Assembly: GCA_951406725.2 (NCBI GenBank)
Contig: OX597838.1
Coordinates: forward strand, 33,294,001 to 33,358,000
From: Octopus vulgaris
Taxonomy: Eukaryota
Length of the DNA stretch: 64,000 nucleotides
Direction of reading: 5' to 3'
The notes beneath the pieces are model-generated. The model searched no databases, was not told where the DNA came from, and saw nothing but the letters and a program-made list of their open reading frames with translations. Below, one piece after another: positions 29,704 through 42,866 of the stretch. The first letter of the stretch is position 1; each line of letters opens with the position of its first letter. A program made the position numbers and the translations under genes.

Positions 29704-29962
29704 CACACATAGGTGCGCATACACATACACACATATATATTTATATACGACGGGATTCTTCCAGTTTCCGTCTACCAAATCCACTCACAAGGCATTGGTC
29801 GGCCCGAGGCTATAGTAGAAGACACTTGCCCAAGGTGCCACGCAGTGGGACTGAACCCAGAACCACGTTATTGGGAAGCAAGCTTCTTACCGCACAGTCA
29901 CGCCTGCGCCTGTATATGTGTGTCTTCTTCTTCTTCTTCTTCTTCTTCTTCTTCTTCTTCTT

Positions 29963-29993
<31 letters not shown>

Positions 29994-30629
29994 ACGGTCA
30001 TTTTCATACATACAAACAGACATACATTCTGAGGTAGACTCTATGTGGCTACTCAACTTGTCTCAAATCTCACTCTGCCATCTTAGAAAGACAACGAAGA
30101 AAAGGTCCTATTGGATTATGTCATCGCACAAACGTCCTAAGCGGTGTGACAGTCAGGGCTGGAACTTCTTGTCTGACATCAAACAACCATTTTTTTTTTA
30201 ATGGCATAATACATAGCACTTTCTTCTAAAATTTACCGAAGACATACTTTCGTTAAATGATTTAATTGCTTTCGTCTTTGATTTCTGAATTCTCATTGTC
30301 GTTCTATCTCTCCTTCATCTCGTCTTTATTCCATTGTGAATGTAGTTGAAAGCTCTTCTACCACCCGGTTGCTAACTCGTGCATTCACACCAGTAAATAC
30401 AGGGAAGTGATATTTACAGGGCTGTTAAGTAACAAGTGTCGCAATACGGCGGCAAATGTTTACATTCAGTTATGTAGTCAAATAACTTCCCTATTTACCC
30501 AATACGCTATGTATGCGTTCAGTTTGACAGAGAGAATAGGTGCAGGTATGGCTGCTTGGTGAGAAGTTTGCTTTCCAGCCACATGGTTCCGGGTTCAGTT
30601 CCACTGCGTGGTACCTAGAGCATGTGTCT

Positions 30630-31735
30630 CGGACCCACCAAAGCAATGGATTGAAAGCCTTGAGAGAAGTACGGTGATACTACGGACCTATGCTAGGTCG
30701 CGTGATGCCATCACCCTCTTCGACAAGGGTATTATTAATAAAGAGCTGGCAAAATGTTTGCCAGCTAAAAAATATTATGTAACCAGGGGTGTCAAATACG
30801 CCACGGTGTGGCTACTTTTCGACACTCCTGAGGAGGCTTGCACTGTGGCAGGCCAGTCCATGGAAGGGGAGGAGATCTTGTTTCTTCCCACATATCGTGG
30901 GAATAAGGTGATAAGGGCCTGGGTATGTGGTCTTCCTCCGGGCACCGAAGCAGGGTGGATTGCAGATGCCATCCGGCGGGGCCTGGGGGATAGCGGGTCC
31001 AGGCTTTTAAATACAGAGATAAAGCCTGCGGTCGACTGGGAGGATGCAAAGGCAACTATGGACCCCAGTGCCCGCAGGTAAAATGACTTTCCCTGACTTT
31101 TTAAAAATGGATGGCTCAAGGTATCCAGTGATACTTGAGAGTCGCCACCCTCATGTATCACTCGTACCTGCAGTCAGGCCACATTAAGAAGGACTGCCCC
31201 CGGGGCCGTGGTAAGGTCCCGGAGCAGGAAAAGGTGACGGTGTCCTCCGCTCTCCCATTGCAGGGAGAAACGGCGGAAGTCGTTGAGGCATCAGCCTCAA
31301 CGAGAAGGAAAAGAAAGGTGAGCAACAATGGTTGCTCACCAACAGACGCGCAGGTTACGGGAGAGGAGGAGGACCCGCCCCCGGGTGTTCCGGTGGAGGC
31401 TCCGACTCCCGCACCCGTAAGAAGCAAAAAGAGAAGGAAGAGAAACGGGAGACGGTCGGCGGATAACGGTGTGCCGCCGACTAAATCCGATGCTCCTCTG
31501 GTGGAAGGTGTGCCACCGGTGCGAGAGGCTGTCAGGCTGTCAGTGGGAATTGTGCCACTGACAGAGCGTGCTGAGGCCCCTCCCCGTGAGGAGGACGTGA
31601 AACCCGTCGTTTTCTATCACAGGGAAGGGCCTCGAGAAGTGCTTGGACGGTCTTCCAGGCCGAGAACGATTAGACTCGGTTTGTATAGACTGTCCAGACT
31701 GGCCTCCGCAGGTGGATGCGGACGTCGTGAGTCAG
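30630..31735 (+). mobile_element. LINE (L1/Tx1-like) ORF1/gag remnant
   Basis: GC-rich island with RRM-like stretch (YATVWLLFDTPEEA...RAWVCGLPP), degenerate zinc knuckle QSGHIKKDCP and a basic/Pro-rich tail; stops and frameshifts; interrupted by SINE B. Confidence 0.6.
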
Positions 31736-31736
31736 A

Positions 31737-32156
31737 AGGCGGTGAGCTGGCAGAAACGTTAGCACGCCGGGCGAAATGCTTAGCGGTATTTCGTCTGCCG
31801 CTACGTTCTGAGTTCAAATTCCACCGATGTCAACTTTGCCTTTCATCCTTTCGGGGTCGATAAATTTAGTACCAGTTACGCACTGGGGTCGATATAATCG
31901 ACTTAATCCGCTTGTCTGTCCTTGTTTGTCCCTTCTGTGTTTAGCCCCTTGTGGGTAGTAAAGAAATAGGTATTTCATCTGCCGTTACATTCTGAGTTCA
32001 AATTCCACCAAAGTCGACTTTGCCTTTCATCCTTTCGGAGTCGACAAATTAAGTACCAGTTACGCACTGGGGTCGATGTAATCGACTTAATCCCTTTGTC
32101 TGTCCTTGTTTGACCCCCTCTGTGTTTAGCCCCTTGTGAATAGTAAAAGAAATAAG
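31737..32156 (+). mobile_element. SINE family B tandem dimer
   Basis: Full monomer plus headless second unit; same structure at 39592-40006 and 45717-46138. Confidence 0.8.
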
Positions 32157-32326
32157 AAGGAGCTGTTCGAGGTCATAGTAACCTGTAATAAAGAAGATTT
32201 TGCTTTCCTCTTTGCGGGCCCCGACCTGCCGATGCAGGCTTTCCTGCAGGCGGCGTGTCATTTGCTTGGGGCCTCCGATGAGGAGGATTGATCTTATAGA
32301 TTGTATATTAAATAATTTATCATATA

Positions 32327-32624
32327 CTAGCAGTATCGCCCGGCGTTGCTCGGGTTTGTAAGGGAAATAACTATATAAGCATTTTTAGAGAGTTACTTCC
32401 CTTATATAATAGCAAAAAATGCATTAAAAATGGGAAAAAATGATGGTAAATTTTTTTTTTAATTGTAGACTCATCGTAGACGCGCGCTAATACCCAGAAG
32501 GGCTCGATATGAATCACGACTATAAGATACCCGATTTTGGTTAAACTGCACCGCAAAATGTGGGAGTAGTTAGGAATCTAAATCGTAGGAGACAGACACA
32601 CAACTTCACTTTTATATATAAAGA
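32327..32624 (-). mobile_element. Non-autonomous Helitron-like element, copy 2
   Basis: 5' TC (tctttatatataaa) to 3' hairpin plus CTAG, inserted between A and T with no TSD. Confidence 0.78.
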
Positions 32625-32829
32625 TATTTGTAATGGACTATTAAGTCCAATAATTGTCGTTTTTGATGGAAAAAAAAGAACAATGTTTTAGAGAAGCAGA
32701 AAATCGGCGGGCGTTTACTGCCTTCTCTCATCAATATCATCCTTGTTTCATCATTCACCTCATCAATGTATATGTCCAGCCCGCAAGCTGCTCTTTGTAA
32801 TGCCTTTATGGCAAATCTTAATGAAATAA

Positions 32830-33220
32830 AGTAGCTTGCTTACCAACCACATGGTTCCGGGTTCAATCCCAATGCGTGACACCTTGGGCAAGTGTCTTCT
32901 ACTATAGCCTCGGGCCGACCAGAGCCTTGTGAGTGGATTTGGTAGACGGAAACTGAAAGAAGCCCGTCGTATATATGTATATATATATATATATATGTGT
33001 GTGTGTTAGTGTGTCTGTGTTTCCCCCCCACACACACACACACACCGCTTGACAACCGATGCTGGTGTGTTTACGTCCTCGTAACTTAGCGGTTCGGCAA
33101 AAGAGACCGATAGAATAAGTACTAGGCTTACAAAGCATAAGTCCTGGGGTTGATTTGCTCGACTAAAGGCGGTGCTCCAGCATGGCCGCAGTCAAATGAC
33201 TGAAACAAGTAAAAGAGTAA
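32830..33220 (+). mobile_element. SINE family A
   Basis: Head, internal microsatellite and tail. Confidence 0.85.
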
Positions 33221-33886
33221 ACGAGTATATTTATATATATATATACGCGGCGAACTGGCAGAAACGTTAGCACGCCGGGCGAAATGCGTAGCTGTATTTC
33301 GTCTGCCGTTACGTTCTGAGTTCAAATTCCGCCGAGGTCGACTTTGCCCTCATCCTTTCGGGGGTCGATAAATTAAGTACCAGTTACGCACTGGGGTCGA
33401 CGTAATCCGTTTGCTGTCCTTGTTTGCTCTCTCTGTGTTTAGCCCCTTGTGGGTAGTAAAGAAATATATATACGCACACACATACATACACACACTCATA
33501 CACACATACATGCGTATAATCTATGAATGCGCGTATGTGTGTCTGTGTGTACGTGTATGTGTGTGTACGTGTATGTGTGTGTGCGCGTGTTATTGTTTAT
33601 CTGACGTAATATATGCAATTATAGAGACATTCCCCTGTAATGCAAATACTTTCGGGTTTCTTGGTGCTTTTAAATTGCCACTGAAATGTAAATAAGTTTT
33701 ATTTCTCACTTCCTTGTATAATTACAAACTCTAAATCAGACGTCTTCGAGTCGAAGATCTTATTTTGGAACAATGGTATACCGACCACTCAGCATTCAAC
33801 AGATGCGTAGTTGGAACCCTGTGGATGGGTGCCCGCATTTTGCCCCTTCCCAGAGCTTTTTTACCCGCAGTATTATGACCCAATTA

Positions 33887-35450
33887 AGGCGGCGAGCTGG
33901 CAGAATCGTTAGCACGTCGGGCGAAATGCTTAGCGGTATTTCGTCTGCCGCTACGTTCTGAGTTCAAATTCCGCCGAGGTCGACTTTGCCTTTTATCCTT
34001 TCGGAGTCGATAAATTAAGTTACGCGCTGGGATCGATGTAATCGACTTAATCCCTTTGTCTGTCCTTGTTTGTCCCCTCTCTGTTTAGCCCCCGTCCCTG
34101 TGGGCAATAAAGAAATAAGAATAGTTTGCATGCCGGACAAAATGGTGTCATTTCGCTCGTCCTCTATGATCTGAGTTCAAATTCCGCCGAGGTCGACTTT
34201 GCCTTTCATCCTTTCGGGGTCAAGTAAATAAGTACCAGTTACGCACTGGGGTCGATATAATCGACTTAATCCCTTTGTCTGTCCTTGTTTGTCCTCTCTG
34301 TGTTTAGCCCCTTGTGGGTAGTAAAGAAATAGGTATTATGACCCAATACACACACACACACACACACACAGAGGCGTGCACACACATACACACATATTCA
34401 TACATACAAACAAACATACATTCTGAGGTAGACTCTATGTAGCTACTCAGCTTGTCTCAATCCTCACTCCGCCGTCTTAAAAAGACAACGAAGAAAAGGT
34501 CCAATTGGATTATGTCATCGTACAAACGTCCTATCGCTACATAAAGGCGGTGAACAGGCAGAATCGAAATCTCGTCAGGAAACATGTTTCGCGGTTCTTC
34601 GTCCGTCTCTACGAACTGAGTTCAAATTCCGACGAGATCGACTGTGCTTTTCACCCTTTCGGGGTCGACACAATAAGTACCAGTTGAACACTGGAGCTGA
34701 TATAATTGATTTACCTGCTACCTTGAAATTACTGACCTTGTGCCAAAATTTGAAATCGATATTCACAGCTATTTGAAGGCGACAAGCTAGCAGAATATGC
34801 CGGACATGCCGGACAAAATGGTGCCATTTCGCTCGTCCTGAGTTCAAATTCCGCGGGAGTCGATTTTGCTTTTCATCCTTTCGGGGTCGATAAAATAAGT
34901 ACCAGTTACGTGCTGGGGTCGATGTAATCGACTTAATCCCTTTGTTTGTCCTTGTTTGTTCCCTCTGTGTGTAGCCTCTTGTGGGCAACAAAGAAATAAG
35001 AAACGTTAGCACGCCGGGCGAAATGCTTGGCGGTATTTCGTCTGCCGTTACATTCTGAGTTCAAATTCCGCCGAGGTCGACTTTGCCTTTCATCCTTTCG
35101 GGGTCGATAAATTAAGTACCAGTTACGCACTGGGGTCGATGTAATCGACTTAATCCCTTTGTCTGTCCTTGTTTGTCCCCTCTCTGTTTAGCCCCCCTGT
35201 GGGCAATAAAGAAATAAGAATAGTTTGCATGCCAGACAAAATGGTGTCATTTCGCTCGTCCTCTATGATCTGAGTTCAATTCCGCCGAAGTCAATTTTGC
35301 TTTTCCGCCTGTTGGGGATCGACGCTATAGGTACCAGTTGAGTACTGAGGTCGACGTAATCGACTAACCCCTTTCCCCCGAAATTGCTGGCCTTGTGCCA
35401 AAATTTGAAGTGAAAGGCGCCCAGCTGGTAGAAACGTTAGCACGTCGGGC
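33887..35450 (+). mobile_element. Array of about 7 SINE family B units
   Basis: Repeated gagttcaaattccgccgaggtcgac...aaagaaata units, including a duplicated junction (aagaatagtttgcatgcc..acaaaatggtgtcatttcgctcgtcctctatgatc at about 34118 and 35217). Confidence 0.8.
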
Positions 35451-35809
35451 GAGTCTCCCAGATAATGTATACTCAAAAGCATCTCTATATCCAGTTAACC
35501 TAGAAACGCGTTCACAAGTGAACAATCTTTCGAGTGAACTTTCGTTATTTTCCCCTCTATACAAGCGTGAAATGTTTTTGAGTATACATTATCTGGGAGA
35601 CTCCTCTTAAAGTAGAAGAAATAGCTAAATTTTTTGGCTGCTATTTCTAAAAGTTCGGTGTGTGGTAAAGCAAAATTTTTTTACTGAACCCTAATTATAT
35701 AAAATAATGTTTAAATTCACCGTAAATGGTCCTTTTACATACTGAACACTGCTTGGTAAAATTATTAATTACTAATTAATTAATTAATTTAACCCTTATT
35801 ATTATTATT

Positions 35810-35864
<55 letters not shown>

Positions 35865-35865
35865 C

Positions 35866-35899
<34 letters not shown>

Positions 35900-35973
35900 T
35901 GTATGTATGTATATATGTATGTATGTATGTATGTATCTATGCACACATACATACATATGTATATACATACACT

Positions 35974-36008
<35 letters not shown>

Positions 36009-36263
36009 CTTATCAAATATATAGTTTTATTTATTATTTTGCACATTACTTAATCAACGTTATATTTTTTATCTTATATTTAATCTTTCTTTAATATGTA
36101 ATTTTGTGGATGGTGTAATTTAATTTTTCGTTATTGAATTGATAAAAGGTGTTTTGTTTTTCTAATTTATATATATATACATATATATATATATTGTTAT
36201 ATTTCGGAATGGTCATATTGCCAGTTTAGCCAATAAAAAATCTTGCACAACAAATATTTAAAC

Positions 36264-36330
<67 letters not shown>

Positions 36331-36394
36331 TTGGTGAAATTTGATTTAGTAATTCTAAATTGAATTTTTCCCTGTAAGATTGGAATAATATTCC

Positions 36395-36922
<528 letters not shown>

Positions 36923-37621
36923 TATATATATATATATGCATATATACAACATACACATTTATATATACAAACATGCATACTAATGCACTCATACATATTA
37001 AGATATACGTGTGTGTGTCTGTGTGTCTGTGTCTGTGTACATACGTGTCCGACCACATTCAAAGTAAATACGAGATAGCATCATTGGACATTCCGTAAGT
37101 TGATAAAAACATCCATTTATCAACAAACAATGAGCAACGGCGCATGCGCGTGCCTCGTTTGCCGTGCTTGTCAGAAATGGAGACGACTTGCATGTCGTTC
37201 GGCCCATGCTCTTATCATCCTGTTTGTTTTTCGCTTGACATTAAACATTAAGGGAGGTTTCGTTGATCTTGTTACCGACTTTAATTGTCACCACAATTAT
37301 TCAATTATCTCAGTCTTCGTGTTTCTGTTTTCCTTGTCATTCGCCCTTTTCCTTTACATCTTTTGTTACTCGCCTCCGCCATTAGTTTCAAGTGTCGTTT
37401 CAGAAAAATAAAAAAATGTCGACACAGAAAAACAAAACTTAAAAGAGGAAAGGTTACTTTAAATTTTCAAAATTATTTCCTATAAGTATTTACATATAGA
37501 TAGATAGATTGATTGATAGATAGATACATACATACATACATACATAAATGCATACATACATAGATACATATATATATATATATGTATCATATATCATATA
37601 TATATATACGTATATATATTG

Positions 37622-37678
<57 letters not shown>

Positions 37679-37928
37679 ATATATATGCGTGTGTGTGTAC
37701 ATACATATGTGCGTATCACTTAGGTTGACGAGGGAAGGATGACCTCCCTTTGCAAATACTGCTAGGGCACAGAAAGTGTGCCTAGAGCCAGCTGGAGGAG
37801 ATGTTCTCCTGGGGCTACAAGCTACAGTAACACCCACCCTTAGTGGTTAGCCATATTGAGATGCCAAATATACCTCGCATTGTCGTGCAGTTACTGTTTA
37901 TACCTCGTTCAGAGATGTATTATTGCTT

Positions 37929-38117
<189 letters not shown>

Positions 38118-38165
38118 TTTATTCATTTATAATAAGTGTAGGTGGTAAATGAGTGGGTATATATT

Positions 38166-38370
38166 TATAAAAAAGAAGTTTGAAAACGCCACTATATAAG
38201 ATAAATTTTCAATTTTCTTAGAAATCTTACATGTTTCGGTTCTTCTTGAAAATACGAACCTTAACTTATTAAAATATTTTTGTTAAGGTTCGTTTTTTCA
38301 AGAAGAACCGAAACATGTAAAATTTCTACGAAAATTAAAAATTCATCTTATATAGTGGCGTTTTCAAACT

Positions 38371-38376
<6 letters not shown>
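38166..38376. repeat. Palindrome (~100-bp arms) with hammerhead-like fold
   Basis: Arms are reverse complements around a short AT loop; right arm reads attt-TTGTTAA-ggttc...gaacc-GAAA-catg-TA-aaat. Confidence 0.75.
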
Positions 38377-38411
<35 letters not shown>

Positions 38412-38412
<1 letters not shown>

Positions 38413-38790
38413 TCTTTTACTCTTTTACTTGTTTCAGTCATTTGACTGCGGCCATGCTGGAGCACCGCCTTTAGTCGAGCAAATCGACCCCGGGACTTAT
38501 TCTTTGTAAGCCCAGTACTTATTCTATCGGTCTCTTTTGCCGAACCGCTAAGTGACGGTGACGTAAACACACCACATTGGTTGTCAAGCAATGCTAGGGG
38601 GACAAACACACACATACATATATATATATACATATATACGACGGGCTTCTTTCAGTTTCCGTCTACCAAATCCACTCACAAGGCTTTGGTCGGCCCGAGG
38701 CTATAGTAGAAGACACTTGCCCAAGATGCCACGCAGTAGGACTGAACCCGGAACCATGTGGTTGGTAAGCAAGCTACTTACCACACAGCC
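38412..38790 (-). mobile_element. SINE family A
   Basis: Full length, reverse orientation. Confidence 0.88.
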
Positions 38791-40159
38791 ATATATATAT
38801 ATATAATATAGGATAAAATTTTTGGAAAAAATTCTATCAATGGCCATATATATATATATGGTGATTGGGGGGGGGGACTCAATAAGGAGTTTCTACTGTA
38901 TTTATGACTGAGAAAAAATATAATTTTCATAAATGTTTTCTCTGCTTTACAAAGATTGTATCAGCTAAGCAAATGATCTTCTCAAAATGCATTTAAAATA
39001 TTATAACATATTCAGAACACTACTTCAGAAAATTACCACCGTTTTCTTTGAGCATATAAAAGACAAATTTAGCTGGGAGAAAATGAGTAAGCGAAGATAA
39101 GGTAAATTTGCTTCTTCAATTCTCCAGAATTACGTTTGAAATCTGACTCATGCACAAAGCCAAACACTGTCCGTCCATTTTCTACGGCCATAGTAGTACT
39201 CTAAACGATAACGACGATAGCTATGTCACCATGGCTACACAGTGCAGTCACTACATGGACAAAAGCAACAGCAGCCACAGTGGAAGCGCAATGGCCCAGT
39301 AGTTAAGACAGCGGACTCGCGGTAGTAAGAACGCGGTTTCGATTTCCAGACCGGGTACTGTGAGTGTTTATTGAGCAAAAACACCTAAGCTCCACGAGGC
39401 TCCGGCGGGGTGGGTGTTTGGTGAACCCCTGTTGGTGAACCCCTGTTGGTCGCCAATGCCATCTAGAGATGGTGTCTTAATAAAAACATCGGTGGTTGTG
39501 TCACCTCATCTCCAAAACCCTCATGAGTGAAAATATCAGATATAAATGTATGAAACAGCATGAGTGAGGTTGGGACTGAAAACAGTGTATAAGGCGGCGA
39601 GCTGACAGAAACATTAGCACAGCGGGCGAAATGCGTAGCCGTATTTCGTTTGTCGTTATGTTCTGAGTTCAAATTCCACCGAGGTCGACTTTGCCTTTCA
39701 TCCTTCCGGGGTCGATTAAATAAATACCAGTTACGCACTGGGGTCGATATAATCGACTTAATCCCTTTGTCTGTCCTTGTTTGTCCCCTCTGTGTGTAGC
39801 CCCTTGTGGGAAGTAAAGAAATAGGTATTTCGTCTGTCTTTACGTTCTGAGTTCAACTTCCGCCGAGGTCGACTTTGCCTTTCATCCTTCCGGAGTCGAT
39901 TAAATAAGTACCAGTTACGCACTGGGGTCGATATAATCGACTTAATCCCTTTGTCTGTCTTTGTTTGTCCCTTCTGTGTTTAGCCCCTTGTGGGCAATAA
40001 AGAAATATGAAAACAGTGTATACGATAGGTGCAGACACTGTGGGTCTTGGTTAGCAACCCACCCAGTGATGACGTCACGATTAAAAATATTGGTGACTGC
40101 ACAACCTTACAAGTGTTACCTCTAAACGATTGATGTCAAAATCAAATAATAATCACATC

Positions 40160-40455
40160 TGTGCTCGAAAATGTCGATAGAAGCTAGGATCACCAAGCAT
40201 AGAGTGGCATATTTCGGTCATATTATGCGGAGAAAATCCCTGGAGAAGGACATCATGCTCGGAATGGTCAGTGGCAAGAGAGAAAGAGGCCGACCAAGAA
40301 CCCGCTGGCTTGACACTATCAAGAGTGATACCGGAATGGACATAGCCAGTCTGAAAGAAGCGGCCCAGGATAGAACTGACTGGAGGACACTGATCCAACG
40401 AGGGACCGAGAGTCGACTTCGACTGAGCGGTTAGAAGAGAGAGAGAGAGAGAGCG
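40160..40455 (+). mobile_element. RTE/BovB-like LINE 3' end
   Basis: YFGHIMRRKSLEKDIMLGMVSGKRERGRPRTRWLDTIK...AAQDRTDWR, then a (GA)n tail. Confidence 0.85.
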
Positions 40456-40733
40456 CTAATGGAACCGGAACTGTTAACAGTGAAGGTGTCGCGCTCGGCA
40501 GGCAAGGAATGTCTGATCAAGAGCCGGTAGGTCGTCATCAAATTATTGATCTGGACTGGAATTGAAGTCAAAAGTGCAAAAAAAATGTGGAAAAGACACA
40601 GAAAGAACTGGGGCAGTTGAATAGGATAATGAAAGGAGAGCTCAAGAATGGCGTAATAATCAGAAAATTGAACGGACAGTATAGGTTAGAAGAAAGGGGA
40701 AAGCAAACAGAATTGTTACAAAGGGTGACAGCG

Positions 40734-41722
40734 TTAACCCTTGTGTTACTGTATTTATTTTGAGATGCTCTGTGTTTCTTTCAATTATCTTAAATATAAC
40801 AAAGAATTTAGTAAAATAACTTAGCTCTCATTCAGCTAGTGTTAGGAACATAAATTGTGACTAAGGTTTGGTGGAAGATTTTAATTCAGAATTTAATGAA
40901 AACAAGACATTTGTACTACAGAGCCAGATCCGGTTTCAGCCGGGTTGGTATTGAAAGGGTTAAGAATTGTTTCTCTTTAAAATATTTTAACCCTTTTGTT
41001 ACCTTATTTCTGTTGAGATGCTCTGTGTTTCTTTCAATTAATTTTAAATGTAACAAAGAATTTAGTAAAATAACTTAGCTATCATTAAGCTGGTATTAGG
41101 AACATAAATTGTGACTAAGGTTTTGGTGGAAGATTTTAAATCAAAACTTATGAAAACAAGACATTTGTACTACAGAGCCAGATCCGGTTTCAGCCGGGTT
41201 GGTATTTAAAGGTTTAAGAATTGTTTCTCTATCATATATTTTAACCCTTTTGTTAACTTTTTTCGGTTGAGATGCTCTGTGTTTCTTTCAATTATTTTAA
41301 ATATAACAAAGAATTTAGTAAAATAACTTAGCTATCATTAAGCTGGTGTTAGGAACATAAATTGTGACTAAGGTTTGATGGAAGATTTTAATTCAAAAAC
41401 TTATGAAAACAAGACATTTGGACTACAGAGCCAGAGCCGGTTTCAGCCGGGTTGGTATTGAAAGGGTTAAGAATTGTTTCTCTATTATATATTTTAACCC
41501 TTTTGTTACCTTATTTCTGTTGAGATGCTCTGTGTTTCTTTCAATTAATTTTAAATATAACAAAGAATTTAGTAAAATAACTTAGCTATCATTAAGCTGG
41601 TATTAGGAATATAAATTGTGACTAAGGTTTGGTGGAAGATTTTAATTCAGAACATATGAAAACAAGACATTTGTATTCAGAGCCAGGGCCAGTTTAAGTC
41701 GGGTTGGTAACAAAAGGGTTAA
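40734..41722. mobile_element. Four tandem piggyBac-like MITEs (TTAA-CCC...GGG-TTAA), period ~253 bp
   Basis: Units at 40734-40963, 40987-41217, 41241-41470 and 41494-41722, each bounded by ttaaccct...agggttaa (unit 2 ends aaggtttaa), with a similar 23-bp spacer. Confidence 0.75.
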
Positions 41723-41875
41723 AGGCCAAATTGAAAAAGATATGATGCTTGATGCAAAGGTTTTGAACAGAACAGACTGTGCCAATCAAATAGAGGGCGT
41801 CTTTTTGAGGAAACAGAGAGGGAACAACTCCAGGAACTGATTAGGATGGAGCACAAGACTGAAACACTTTACACA

Positions 41876-42032
41876 GATGCGTAGGTGTGGTTGTGTGGTA
41901 AGTAGCTTGCTTACGAACTACATGGTTCCGGGTTCAGTCCCACTGCGTGGCACCTTGGGCAAGTGTCTTCTACTATAGCCTCGGGCCGACCAAAGCCTTG
42001 TGATTGGATTTGGTAGACGGAATATATGTATG

Positions 42033-42121
<89 letters not shown>

Positions 42122-42340
42122 GTGTGTATATGTTGGTGTGTCTGTCCCCCCAACATCGCTTGACAACCGATGCTGATGTGTCTACGCCCCCGTAACTTAG
42201 CGGTTCGGCAAAAAGAGACCGATAGAATAAGTACTAGGCTTACAAAGAATAAGTCCTAGGGTCGATTTGCTCGACTAAAAGGCGAGTGCTCCAGTATGGA
42301 CACAGTCAAATGACTGAAACAAGTAAAAGAGTAAAAGAGT
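41876..42340 (+). mobile_element. SINE family A
   Basis: Head, (TA)n and tail. Confidence 0.85.
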
Positions 42341-42344
42341 AATA

Positions 42345-42810
42345 GAGATGCATGAAAGGGTCGCTGCACAACTGGATAAATGCCTGCAGCAGGGTCACGT
42401 CCCTACCTGGATGACAAGTGGACGAGCGCTGTTATGTCTCAAGGAGCCCTTGAAAGGTAACACGGCATCAAATTTTCGACCTATAACCTGTTAAGCCCTT
42501 ATGTGGAAGCTTATGACTGGTGTTATAACGAGTGACCGAGAGTCGACTTCGACTGAGCGGTTAGAAGAGAGAGAGCGCTAACGGAACTGGAACTGTTAAC
42601 AGTGAAGGTGTCGCGCTCGGCAGGCAAGGAATGTCTGATCAAGAGCCGGTAGGTCGTCATCAAATTATTGATCTGGACTGGAATATATAACCATCTGGAA
42701 AGTAACAATCTGCTTCCAGAAGAGCAGAAAGGATACAGGAAACAAAGCAGGGCCACGAAAGATTGGCATATTATAAGTTGATAAAATGGTAATTAGAAAT
42801 TGTGGACGCA
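42345..42810 (+). mobile_element. R4/Dong-type LINE RT N-terminal fragment, interrupted
   Basis: MHERVAAQLDKCL...NFRPITC..LMWKLMTGVI [150-bp insert] IYNHLESNNLLPEEQKGYRK. Confidence 0.75.
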
Positions 42811-42866
42811 GATTGACAGGACTGAATGTAGCATGGTTGTATTACAAAAAAAGTATATGACTTTCT

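Noticed and set aside
30608-31863. GC-rich 157-aa and 242-aa ORFs as a host gene
   Set aside because: Begin and end inside SINEs, broken by stop and frameshift, with a degenerate gag-type knuckle; best explained as LINE ORF1.
40734-41722. Repeat-spacer array resembling CRISPR
   Set aside because: Both the long units and the spacers are repeated, there are no cas genes, the context is eukaryotic, and the units have TTAA/TIR ends.
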